In this document: one piece after another, positions 33,488 to 46,100 of the stretch
Numbering within the stretch: position 1 is the stretch's first letter
Layout of the letters: each line of letters opens with the position of its first letter
Source of the DNA: Rotaria sordida
Lineage: Eukaryota
Direction of reading: 5' to 3'
Assembly (NCBI GenBank): GCA_905250005.1
Contig: CAJNOH010000220.1
Coordinates: 1-64,000, forward strand
DNA length: 64,000 nucleotides
Position numbers and translations under genes: made by a program
The notes under the pieces: model-generated
What the model was told of the DNA's origin: nothing
Databases searched by the model: none
Seen by the model: the letters and a program-made list of their open reading frames with translations, nothing else

Positions 33488-34044
33488 CAGCAGTGTCCAA
33501 GGACTGAGAAATAGGAATTCCTAATTTACAGAGGAATTGTCAGCGTAGCTATGATAATTCCTTGGGCAAATGGGAATTGACCATTATTTCCATCACAGTT
33601 CCCTCATTCATGAAAGTCAAGATAATGCTTTTTTTTGCAATAACTTTCGTACTCATACGTTCATGTGCACAAATTTTTTGATGAAAACGAGTGTAAGGGT
33701 AATAAGTACCGTGGATATTGTATTTGTTTAAGAGGGGTGTCCAAGGACTGAGAAATAGGAATTCCTACTCAGTTCCCTGACATTTCCTTGAATGCTAAAA
33801 TTAAACAAATACAATATCCACGGTACTTATTACTCTTACACTCGTTTTCATCAAAAAATTTGTGTACATGAACGTATGAGTACGAAAGTTATTGCAAAAA
33901 AAAGCATTATCTTGACTTTCATGAATGAGGGAACTGTGATGGAAATAATGGTCAATTCCCATTTCCCCAAGGAATTATCATAGCTACACTGACAATTCCT
34001 CTGCAAATTAGGAATTCCTATTTCTCAGTCCTTGGACACTGCTG
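33488..34044. repeat. Long near-perfect inverted repeat (foldback/hairpin): two ~245-bp arms about 98% identical around a 69-bp spacer
   Basis: Left arm 33488..33731 (cagcagtgtccaaggactgagaaataggaattcctaatttacagaggaattgtcagcg...) is the reverse complement of right arm 33801..34044 (...cgctgacaattcctctgcaaattaggaattcctatttctcagtccttggacactgctg) with only a handful of mismatches. The spacer 33732..33800 holds a third copy of the terminal roughly 45-bp motif (gtgtccaaggactgagaaataggaattcct). Confidence 0.8.
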
Positions 34045-34893
34045 AAATAAAAATAAACATAAAATATAATAAAATAATAACAAAAATACTTACAAGACTA
34101 TATGATGGAGTTTCAGTTTTATCGATCAAATCAGGATAGAAAATCTAAAAAGACAGCCAAAAGTATTGTTAAAATCTTATTTAAGATCAAAACTTACATT
34201 AAATTTGTATCTTTGGACTGTTTTTGGTGGTGGATTATCTCTGTCATAATGTTTTTTTATTATATTGATTCCAATCATAACCCTACACAGCCCATTTGTA
34301 CCTCTCAATCGGATACATAATAGTAATTCGAAAATAAAAATTTTTCAAATTAAAGTTTATTTAATCCTTTCATGCCAGAGTTTTTTTATGAACATATTAC
34401 AACGAGATAAAAAGTGACGACGGGTGTTGCCAGAACGCAAGAGAAAACATTTATATATACATAGCGGTGCTACACGATGACGCTATGATATTGGCGACAT
34501 AAGAGAAAGAGAGAGCGATCCTGTGGCCTGAGGCAGAGAGAAGCACAATGACGGCAATATGAGCAAAAGCTTAGCCCGTATATATATAGGCTCCGGCACG
34601 AAAGGGTTAATGGAAAAATTAAGGAGAAAATAAATAAATAAATGTAATTTAATTGTATTTATTCAATATATAGATGCCGCTTGAAAAAAAAAATCTTTAT
34701 TAAAATAAAATTTTTATATGAATTTAAATATTTGAAAAAGAATTTTGGAAAATTAATTTAGATTTTATTGAATGTATAAATATTTATACCAGACCAGTCA
34801 TATTTGTTGGAAATGATAAGACAATAACATATGTATAAGCAAAGAAAAAAACAAACATAAGTGAAGATAAACATGTTCAATTCATGAATTTAA

Positions 34894-35151
34894 TTGTATG
34901 ATTTACCTGATGAAGTTCTTATGATAATTTTGAAAAAATTACAAAATTCTCAAGTTCTCTATTCTTTCATGGGTGTTAATAAACGACTCGATCGAATTGT
35001 AAATGATTCAATTTTTACAAGAAATTTAACATTCACAACATCTTTTAATGATTTAAATCAATTGACTGATTCAATACGTAATCGATTTTGTCATGAAATT
35101 TTACCTAATATTCAACATAAGATCGAATGGATTAACGTTGAATCATCATGA
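34894..35151 (+). CDS. Small F-box domain ORF (85 aa), possibly truncated or an F-box pseudogene
   Basis: MYDLPDEVLMIILKKLQNSQVLYSFMGVNKRLDRIVNDSIF matches the F-box consensus (LPdEvLl.IlskL...dLl....VcKrw..l...). The ORF stops after 85 codons and downstream similarity continues only in another frame, so it may be decayed. Confidence 0.4.
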   Translation: MYDLPDEVLMIILKKLQNSQVLYSFMGVNKRLDRIVNDSIFTRNLTFTTSFNDLNQLTDSIRNRFCHEILPNIQHKIEWINVESS

Positions 35152-35977
35152 ATTGAACCTATTCTTCTTGAAAGAAATTATCCTAATTTACATGGACTTG
35201 GTTTGTATAATCTTACATCAACAAGAGCAAAAGATCTCTTTATTGGTAACGATATTTTGTTTAACTCTTTCAATAATTAATTATATAAGGATAATTTATC
35301 TGAATATATACTTTATATAATTCAAAATTTAGTTCTTAGGGATATTTTTATTCTAAAATAATTTTCTTATTAGTATTTATTGATCAATATGAATATGAAG
35401 AAAATTCAAAATGATCATATCAATTGAAAGAAAATATCAATATGATTTTATAATATTTTCAACTAAAATTTTCTGATTCTTAAAGCAGAAAGTAAATGAT
35501 TAGATAAAAAAAATACTGCATTGATTATAGAGTAAAATGTATTATAGAATTTAAATCAAGATCATTTAGAATTAATTTATTAATAAAGGAAAGAGAATAG
35601 ACTATTTTAAATCAGTAATGGAACTGAGCAAATAGGGATTTTCTCGAGTAAGAGTACAAGTACAAGTACAGGTACCGACCTTTCGAGTATGAGTATGACC
35701 AAAATCATAATCGAGTACTTTGCCCAGCTCTCATTAGTAAATAAAAGGAAAACTAAGAAATAATTTAATAAAAATTTTAATATTTTTTTTTTTATTTAGC
35801 TCGAAGTTTCTTGCGTCGTCATTTAAAAAATCAAATATTATCACTGGTTATTGATATTAAAGAAGGTGGACCAACAGATTCATTCGAAGATGCAGATATA
35901 CATGTATATATACAAATCAGAGCTGTCGACCTGGCCTGGCACCTGCCTGGCACCAGGCCAGGCTGGATTTTGAAACT

Positions 35978-36110
35978 TTGGCCTGGCCTGATCAGGCTGA
36001 AAAATTCTTGGCCTGGCCTGATCAGGCTGAAAACTTTTTGGTCTGGCCTGATCAGGCTGAAAAATTTTTGGCCTAGCCTGATCAGGCTGAAAAATTTTTG
36101 GCCTGGCCTA
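35978..36110. repeat. Tandem array of about 4.3 copies of a 30-bp unit, TTGGCCTGGCCTGATCAGGCTGAAAAATTC (the unit contains the palindrome GGCCTGATCAGGC)
   Basis: Read directly: ...tttggcctggcctgatcaggctgaaaaattcttggcctggcctgatcaggctgaaaactttttggtctggcctgatcaggctgaaaaatttttggcctagcctgatcaggctgaaaaatttttggcctggcc... Subterminal repeat array of the hAT-like element. Confidence 0.8.
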
Positions 36111-36133
36111 CAGGCAGGCCAGGCTAAACTTGG

Positions 36134-36385
36134 TTGCCAGGGTCATTTTATTTGTATTATTTTTCCTTATCAATTTTAGCAAGACAAATACATTCAATTC
36201 CCGCAATTAGTGCTGGTATAGAACGGCAGTTTAGTATTGCTGATCTTACATTAACTGATCAAAAGTCTTGTTTGGATCCAGAACAACTGGACAATATCTT
36301 ATGTCTTCAGGCTATGTCGAAAGTAGATGATAAAACTTTAAAATATTACTTTTTTTGTTATTTGTCTCATGTCTTATTTGCTTAA
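36134..36385 (+). pseudogene. Fragment of a hAT-family transposase C-terminal dimerisation domain
   Basis: ...IPAISAGIERQFSIADLTLTDQKSCLDPEQLDNILCLQAMSKVDDK matches the hAT dimerisation motif (sa.sERvFS.ag.i.t..R.rL.pe.ve.l.fl..N). Only about 80 codons remain; the N-terminal transposase (BED/RNase-H) parts are absent. Confidence 0.5.
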
Positions 36386-39300
36386 TTTTCATAAAATCTG
36401 GCATCCCACCGACAGTTCGTAGAGAAAGAGGAAAAAAGAGGAGCTTCATTTTAAAAAAAAGAGGCTTTCTCAATAAAAAAGAGGAAAAAAAGAGGCGCAT
36501 TTTTTGGCTTTTAAAATGCAAAAAGGTTACCGCGATGTTCCATTGTCGAGAAATAGGAACGGTGTTAATCTGGATTCAGTACAGACTCAAAAAAATTGAA
36601 AAATGAAAGCGATTGGTAGCCGATCACGTTTGTAGTTATACATTTATTGTCGAACTCGGAAAAAGAGAGCTACAAAAAGACAAGAGACACAAAAGGCAGG
36701 GTCTGTCTCAAAGGTACTTAACTACAATATCACTTCATCTAAATGTTCGTATAAAAAGAAAAAGAAGTTCAAAATCATCCAATATCCAAAATCTGTTTAG
36801 TTTATAATATTATAAGAGTGGAAAAACTTAAGAAACCGGAAAAAGACACAGTAGACAGTACATGTCTATAAGAAAAGAAAACACGATACATGTAGTTCAA
36901 AGCAAGTTTCACTTTTCTTTCTCAAATCTGTCATCGAAATTTCAACCGTGGACAGAAGAAATTCTCTCTGCAAACACAAAAATACCACTTGTCATCAAGT
37001 CTGCAAATTTGGAATTCAATTGATATTGAGTAATATACAAAAAAATACTTGAAAAGAATTTTGATTTCTGAATATACTACGGTTTAGTTTTGACAATTTT
37101 TCATGAAATTCTACTAAAAGTGAGAAAATCTTACGGTTTTAAAGTTATATGACGCAACAAGTTTTTATCAAAATTCATGAAAGGTTATAACTAGATCATC
37201 TTCGAGTAGACTATTGATGCAAAAACTATCAGTGAGTATGAAGTGACATTTGGCAAAACTTTTTTTATCTCACGAAATTTTTGAAACTTTAATGACTAAA
37301 TCTGGTTTTATTTGTTGTGCTAACTAGTTGCGTGTGGAAACCATGTCCTCATTCGAATAAATATGGTCACATTAACGGCAAATTGTCGATCCTGAAGCTG
37401 AAGTTCTTGAGTTTCGATTATCGGAAACCATATTTGTTCATACTGGAAGCTGTCTTGACGCTCTACTGAAGTTTTATGCACGATTTTTAGAAAAAAAACT
37501 ATTCCAATGAGCTCAGACATCTAATTTTTAAAGACTCATGTTTGTACATCAATAAATCTATCGCGACTTATTTTCGTATTTCCAAATTTCAGCCTCAAGA
37601 AATATCTATTCTAGATAGATCGATAAATTCCATGTCAAAAAATTTAATAAACAATATTTGCGAAAAGGATAAATGCTTATCTGGTTCTTATGATGCGTCC
37701 TGAGGAATAATTCTGAATGCTGTTATTGATTCTTTTGCTTCGAAGTGTATGGATTCACCGAAATTGACCGATATTATCAATTGTTATCGTTAAAAACCCA
37801 ATTTTTTTCCGAAAAAAGAGAAAAAAGGATTTACAGCAAAAAGAGGCGACAAAGAGGAGGTTCAGACAAAAGAGAGGAAAAAGAGGCAGGGTGGGATGTC
37901 AGCATAAAGTGTATGTGCATTCTACTGTATATTGCTTTTTTGCTATTATGCATATTTTTCTTGTGTAGATGAACCAGTATAAACTTTATCGTTATACTTT
38001 ATAAATTCTAGCATTTATTGTGCGAAAAAAACAGATAAAAATGAGTTAATTTTCATTTTGCGTTTTTTTTTGTAAAGATGTGCAATCATATTATTCTGAT
38101 AGTAGAAGATTAAATAAGTAACTAAAACGGATGTCTTAAATTATTGCTAAACTGTCAATTTACTAATCTGAAAAAGCAAAAACACTATTCGGTCTGGTTT
38201 GCCTGCAGGCAGACCAGGTCAGGCTGCAGGCTGACTTTTGAATTTTAGCCTGGCCTGCTTAGCACACCAGGCAGGCCAGGTCAGGCTGAAAAAAAGTGGC
38301 CTGTTGGCAGCTCTGATACAGACCTGCATACCAATGTGCATAATGACATTGACGCTAATATCAACGTACACAGACCTACCCACCCTTTCTAAACGTTGGA
38401 TACTAGCTTTGTTGAAGACTGTAAAGCAGTATATAACACCAAAGAAGCCGAATATTCAGTCGAGGGTCAAGCGAGTCACACAGACGAGCGCTACTTGTTG
38501 TTATATGCTATAGTAATAACTTGTAGATATTCAGGCTGAAAATTGATAAAAACAATGGACAATCATGATTATCTGTCGATTGCTTTCTCTGTTGTGCACG
38601 TTTCCAATTTTTTCTCAACTTCTTCTAATGAGATATCTTCGATTGAAATGTTCGGTAGTTGAGAGATAGTTTCATATTTTTTAATGCATCTCAATGAGCT
38701 GAGCTACTGGAGGCAAATGATGAGCTTTCGAAATGTGTTTCGTAAAGATTTGTAAGAGTATCAGCAATTAACTAATCATCTTTTATCACACCTGTGGTAG
38801 TAGTATGATATTTAAATGTTAGCGTACAAGGGTAAAATATTGTGTGAATATATTTTAATAAATTATTCCTTTGAGAAATATAAACTATTTTATTTTCCAT
38901 TTTTTTCTGCACAGATAATGATTTTTCTCTTAAATAGATATTTTTCATGAATAGATAATTTTCTAGATCTTCTATAAGTTTTTCGTGCAATGTTTGGATT
39001 CTTTGGAATTTGTACAGAATATGTTGATTATGGTGATCGGTATTTTTTGACTAGTATATATTCACTGACTTTGCCTTACGCAAAAGCAAAAAAGAAAGAG
39101 AAAGTTTTTGAAAAAAGCATCAGCAATGGAGATTATAAACAAGAGAGTTGAAGTATGGAAAAGCACATTTGAGAGAAAAAGAGGATACTTTTCAATTAGT
39201 TTTACGAAAAACATTGTTTACTTCGGTTGATAGAGATGTTTTGGTCAAAACAAGATAGTGATCAGGCGTCTCTTCTTGTTTAACCTCAGCTCCTAAAAAT

Positions 39301-40179
39301 TCGAGTTCGATTCACTTTGTGAAACGCCATTTTGAAAATTTAGATGTTAATAGCTTTCAAACAGCCCATCCATTTTTGTTCAAATTTTTATCATAAGTAT
39401 AACTTTCAGATTCACATAAATAGTGAAAATTTCAACTAAAAGTCGATTAATATGAGTGGTATTTCAGACCATTCGATTTATTTTGTGGTGGAATGCTACT
39501 CTATTTTTATTTCGAAGATAGATTCTGAATTAAAATGTAATTGCATCACATAGACTTTACGTAGACTACTGCAATTTGTAAAACGACATTTTTTATATGA
39601 TACTTCGAGCAATAGTGAGTCGACATGGGCTGCGTTTTTTCTTTCGACATTTATAGTTTTCAACATTTTCACTTTCGACATTGGTTGGAGGAATCATAAC
39701 ATTGCTGAGAAAATAATTTATACTCGAAATGTTAATTCAATCATTTGAAAATCTCAGTAGAATCTCAAAGTTTGATTCTATTGATGATATAAAATTTTAA
39801 TCTATTTTATTTTATGAAATAGATATTCTATTACATATTCATTGATGATTGTTTAAATATTATCGAATTTTATCTTATTTTTTTGTTTCCTTTGAAAAGT
39901 TCTCTTGCTGAGCATTGAAATTCATTATTACTGCTCAGTACCGCCATCTATCATGAAAAAAACATCATGTAATATAATGTGAGTAACACATCTTAGTAAC
40001 AGAACTCATTATACATACTACTATGGTAAACTATCATTGTGCCATATAGAGTTTCATTTTGATTATTTACAGATTGTGTTTTAAAGAGGAGATTAAAAGA
40101 GCTTCGGTACATAAGAACATTTTGTAACAGTTAATCTTTAATGTGAAAAGGCCTATAAATTAAATAAATAAGAACAGTG

Positions 40180-43100
40180 ATGGATTTTACTCCGGCACGA
40201 GATACAAGTGCTACATCTGGCCTTGACCAACCTCAAGGTAGTTTTAAAATAAAAGAAATTTAATTAAAATATATACTGAATATCGGAGAATTTTAGGTCA
40301 AGCTAAAAGAATATCAAATGAACGTCAAATGATTGCCAAACTTGATCCAGCTGAACTTCAAGATCGATATTTACGTTTATATGATGATCATTTAGTTCTC
40401 AAACAACATGCTCGAAAACAAGAAGATAAAATTAAAAAGTAAAAATGAAAAAAAAAAGAAAAAGAAGAAGATTCAATTTTCTTTCTTTAGATTAGCAACA
40501 AAATTAACAAAAGTAATTGAAGATAAAAAGAAAAGTGAAGCCATTCCTTTAGGTAAGTAAACAACAAACAAAATGTAAATACATTTAATATCTTCATCAC
40601 TAAAACAAAAATAAAGGTTCTAAGCTTGGCGCTCGTGAAACCGAGACTGAAAATCTTCTTGCTGAATATCGTAATAAAATATCTCAATTAAGTGAACAAA
40701 ATAAATTACTTAAACAACGCATTGTTGTTTCTCAACAACAATTACAAGCAGCACAACAAATGAAAAAATCAGCTACTATATATGATAATGTTACATCAAG
40801 AATTGATACAGTAAAAGAATTTTCTTGACTTATTTCTATTTATTATTGAATCATTTTTAAGGGTCAACCAAAACGAATGCCATCACCACTACTTCATAAT
40901 ATCCGTGTTATTGGTCCACGAGATTCATCAAGGTGATTTTTTTTGTTGTTTTTAAATCAAATAAACTCCCAGAAAAAGGACAGTTGCAATTAATATCACA
41001 CAGAATTTTTCTTCAAAAAACAATTAGATATTATAATAGTATTTGAAATCCTTATGCTATGAGTCTTCGACTTGAATTTATTATTTTCGATGATATTATT
41101 GAAAATATTAATTCATCTATGATTATCGACTTTCAATCATATAGAAATAGAATCCTGCGGGAACGACTTTCCTCATTCCTCACTTCCGTTCCTGTAATGA
41201 TTTCAGACTTCCTATTACATTTTCATTATAAGTATTTGAGAAAAACTATCATTACCAGACATCAGCTTCTGTCAATAGCGCACTTTATGCAACGTGAGAT
41301 GGTCTTAAATTAAAAATAAAAGTATCATTAGAGATGAAATTTAGTAATATAAACAATGAATATTTATACATCGATATTTATCAAAGTTAACTCAAGATAA
41401 TTATTTCCTTCATCAATTGAAAGGAGAAAAAGAAATACGAGCACATCAATAATATCGATGAAAAAAATGAAAACATTCAAGGAAAAAAGATAATAATAAT
41501 CCTATATTATGATATAACCAGAATAATATTATTTTTGGGAATGCCCATTTTTTAATACCGTTTCCATTTCCAATTTCCGCGGAAAACGGAACAGAAAAAA
41601 ATCGTTCTCGCAGGATACTATATGGAAGTCTACATTGTAATCTTATTTATAAGTTACTTAGTTTACACTATTCATATACGTTCATTTTCCACATCTTAGC
41701 ATAAGCGGCGGAGCTCTTAGGCTTAGCGAGGCTCAGATATCTGAAGAAGCCTTACTAATCTCATCCTGAAGTTATGTTTAGTAAGCGAAAACTCTTTGAA
41801 CAAAAGTTGTCTTGCATTTTTCTGCAGGTTGTATTCAGCCAGATGTTGGATGGTGTATCTGCAAGAATGTATTTTTTTTTGCAACGCCTGGTCGATAGAC
41901 ATCGGAATTTTAGGCAGAACTCAGTCTATGTTTTTTGAAAAACAGCCTTCAGCAGTAAATTGAAAGATTGAATAAATGTTTTTTTGCTTGCCGCGAAAAA
42001 AGTAAAAGTTTGAACGCCTTTAGTAATAATCATTATCACAAAATTTGAGGCAAGCCTACGCTTACGTTTAACAACAATGTAAAAGGTGAGTGTATGGACA
42101 AAATTCAGTAATTCCTTTGTTTTTCAACTGATATCTTATAAAGCATTAAGAAGTTTGGCAATATTACAACACTAGGTAGGTTAAGAAATCTTGCTTAAAA
42201 TCTTTTCGTATACAAGTTGCTTTTGAATTGCATCCTGCTTGTTGCATGACAGACAAAAACTTTGCCCAACAGCTTTTACTGCATTCACGACTGAAGTTTG
42301 CAATAAAATTCTCAAAAATATATGAACGACTTTCTATGAATAAAACTGAACACTAAAAGTTTTCTAATTTTATCTAATATTCCAAGTATTCTTCGAATTC
42401 ATAATTATTTTTTCTAAAAATATATTTCGACTATATCCTATTTATATTTTAGAACTTCTGGAACAACTCCAAGAATAAATAGTGCATTAATAGAAGATGC
42501 TCGAATGGCAAATAAACAATTGTAAATATTTAATTTATATTAATGAAATAAAACGAATCGATTATTGTTGTTTTTTTTTCCTTCTAGAGAAGAATCACTT
42601 GAAAAAGCTAATCAACAACTAAATACATATGAACAACAGATGGAAAATCTTCGTCAACAACTTCAACAACGTGATAATGAATTTGAACAAAATTTATTAC
42701 GTTTAAAAGCCCAAGCAACAGGTGGCGATTCGCGTACTAATTTACAAGAAAATATCGATATGATTCGTTTACAACGAGATTTACGTGATAAATCTGATGA
42801 ACTACGACGCTTACAAACTCAATGTACAAATTTTGAATCAGTCTGTTAAATCTTTAATTTATTGATTAATTATTTATTTTCTTCTTTTTTTTTTAAAGCA
42901 AAATCGTTCACTTCAAGTAACAAATGCAGAATTATTAAAAGAAATTGATCGACTTGATAGACAAATAAAAGATGAACAACAACGAGCGTTACAATTACGT
43001 ACTGAATTAAGAAATGGTTCACGTTCAAATACAGTTATTCAAGAAGTAAAATTATCAAAAATATTTATACTTCGAAAACATAGTTGTAATCAATTTTTTT

Positions 43101-46100
43101 TTCAAGATTTCATCAACATAAAAACATATTTTTTTGAAAACTCAATCATATATTCTGATAGTGCTTGGAAACTTCTCTCATTGTGTATATTCATATTTTG
43201 ACTTAAATTTATTTACTATTTGAGTCTAGTGAAGACATCCTTATCATTAGATCTGTATGAATTTATATTTTTTACTAATCCTTCAGTTTACGTTTTAAAT
43301 TTATGGTCACTTTAGAAATAACTTTTTACAAAAGTAATTATATCCTCTGGAACCATTGTAAAATTTTCTATCATTGTATAGTTTATAAGCTTTTGCTTCC
43401 TAATAATTTTCTGATCGAAGTTTCAAATATTGTTGAAGAATTCGATTCTTCACGATTTTTTTTTCTGGTTACGCCACTACTTCCTATGAATAGTGTCCTA
43501 TACATGTCCATATTCTCAATAGTATACGATCATTCGATGTTCAAATTGAATGTTTTACTTTATTTTAATGCGCATATTTTGCATCTAACAAGGGGATAAA
43601 ATGTCATAAACAATCGTCTAGTCTCATCATATAAAGCAATCATATTAGATTGCTCATATGTTGACTCTTTAACTTATTAGGATAATTATTCACATGTTAG
43701 TTCAAACTGTGATATATGATTTCCTCAATAATATTTAAAATATTGATCAGAAAATTATTATATATCAAAAGTTGTCCAAATACAAATCGATAGAAATTTT
43801 TCACCCTTACCAAAATGCAGCAAAAAAATGTAGCCTTTTACTTGTTACAAATGCATTCACAAGTAATGATTAGTCTCTATATACTGAAAGAAAATTTCAC
43901 GCGATATCAGAATATGTAATTGAATTTTCAAAAACTACATTTTTACATGGATGAAATATTGAAACAAAAAATCGATGATAACTATTTGTTTTTCAAGTGT
44001 ATATAAATGTTTTCTTTTTGTCTTGACAAAAATTGATTTGTTTTAGCTTAATGCTCAAATAGAAGATTTTCGACGTGAATGTGAAGTATTAAAAGAAGCA
44101 AATACAAAATTAGTTAGTTCAGCATTTAGTGGTGATCGTGATAGAGAATTTCGTGAAAAAGAACGAGCATTAAAATTACAAATAGCACAACTTGAAGCAA
44201 CGCTTAAAGCAGATTTAGGTGAAAGAGGAAATTTACTTGATCGACTTACATTAGAAAAAGGTAGAAAATTTATCTTTAATAAATAGAAAAAAATTAATTA
44301 ATTAAATGATTTTCTTTTTAATTTTAAGATACAAATAAAAGAACTGATGACGAACATCGTGCTATGCATTTGAAATATTTAGAAATGAAAGAAAAATATG
44401 ATGATTTAGCAGAAAAAATGAGATTTTTTGAAAAAGTTTGTTATTTCATTTAGTTGTTTGTTTACAAAAATCTAAATTGGTTTAATTAGGAAAGTGATAT
44501 AAATATGAAAGAAATTGAAGAAGCACTTATTATATTACGTCAACGTAAACAACGACAAGAACCAAATTTTGATTTTCTACAAAAAGTTGATGATGAAAAA
44601 GCACAAAGTAAGAAAATATAAAGAATAAAAACAAAAAAGATTTGGTTTTTTTTGTTTTATTTTAGATTTAAATCGACGAGTACTTGAATTAGAAAGTCAA
44701 TTAGCTGAAACAGCTAATGAATTAGAAAAAACTCGAAATTTATTATTTATGCAATATAAAATTAATCGAGATTATAAACTTGAAGTATAAACAATGGGTT
44801 TTTTTTTCTTTTGATTAAGATTTAATTTATACTTTTATAGGTTGATTGTGTTCAAAGAAAAATGGACGAAAATCAAGCAGAACATTCATCACGTGTACTT
44901 GAAAGTGGTCAATTACTTGATATTCGTGCTGATCGTATTCGAAAACTTGAAAAGTATGTTTCTTTATTCGATAGAAAATGTAATAAGAAGAGAAAAAATA
45001 TGAGCATTTATAATTGCAACTTATTTTCAGACAAGAAAATCATTAGGAATATTAAAAAAAAAGCTGTAAATCTTTCACTGTTTTATTTTTTTAACTAGAG
45101 CCTTAAAAGATGTTGCTTATGGTACACGTCAATATCGTATTCAAGATCAACCAATTACTGATGATAATCTAACTAATGATTTAATTGAAGAAGCTATTGA
45201 ACTTGAACGTGGTCAAAATTTAATTGAAATTCATATAAGTCGTGCTTCATTTAATGAACGTGCACTTGAATTTTTTGGTAAAAATAATGAACCATCAACA
45301 TTTTGTTCGATAGAATTTTTTGAACATGAATTACAAATGACACCTATTGTAAGAGGTCGAATACCAGAATATCATTTTACTGCACAATATATTGTTAATG
45401 TTGATGATTTTCTTTTATATTATTTACAAAAAGAATATACACTTATTGAACTACATCAAACAGTTGGACAATCATTTCAAACAATTGCTACATGTAAACT
45501 TAGTTTAAAACAACTTATTGAAGGTAAATTTAAATAGAAAAAAGAAAACAATCATTTTTAATTCTATTTTTAGGTAATCAAGGCCGATTACATGGTACAG
45601 CTAAATTAATTGCATCTCATCAAAATAATATTGATATTGGTACATTTGGTGTTATTGAATATTGGATTCGATTACGTGTACCTATGGAACAAGCATTCCG
45701 TTTATTAAAAGAAAAAATGAAAGCTCAAGGTTATCTTGTTACAACAAGTCGTCCATCAACAAAAACATCTGATGATATTGAACAACAACGTGAAATGAAT
45801 CCAAATATGAATGAATTAACAATAGCTATACTTAATTGTTCAAATGTTAAAGCAGCTACACCAGGTAGAATAGAAACAAAATTGTTTTTCTTTTCTTAAA
45901 ACAAAAAAAAACCTTTTTTCTAGATCATCAACCTGATCTTTATTGTATATATAAATTTTATGATTTTGTTGATCATGATACAATAACAATTCCATCATCA
46001 AATAATCCAAATTTTGATGATCGTATACAATATCCTGTTCAAATGGATGCTGATCTTGATCGTTATCTTAAACAATCTCAATTAACAATATTTGTTTTTG

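Larger units (their letters stand above)
35918..38315. mobile_element. Non-autonomous hAT-like DNA transposon (~2.4 kb; internally deleted derivative)
   Basis: Termini cagagctg... (35918) and ...cagctctg (38315) are an 8-bp TIR. Flanking 8-mers atacaaat (35910..35917) and atacagac (38316..38323) match 6/8, consistent with an 8-bp hAT target-site duplication. Both ends carry GGCCTGGCC/CAGGCTG-rich palindromic subterminal repeats (35925..36140 and 38190..38300). The interior carries a hAT C-terminal dimerisation-domain fragment plus AAGAGG-type purine repeats at 36420..36520 and 37800..37900. Confidence 0.45.

Noticed and set aside
35978-36110. Regular 30-bp tandem repeats that could be mistaken for a CRISPR array
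   Set aside because: Units are contiguous with no unique spacers, lie in intron-bearing eukaryotic DNA, and are part of the subterminal region of a hAT-like element.
43303-43599. 98-aa ORF in the 1-kb intron of RPGRIP1L
   Set aside because: No domain and AT-rich low-complexity translation. It lies between well-supported exons of the same strand's gene.
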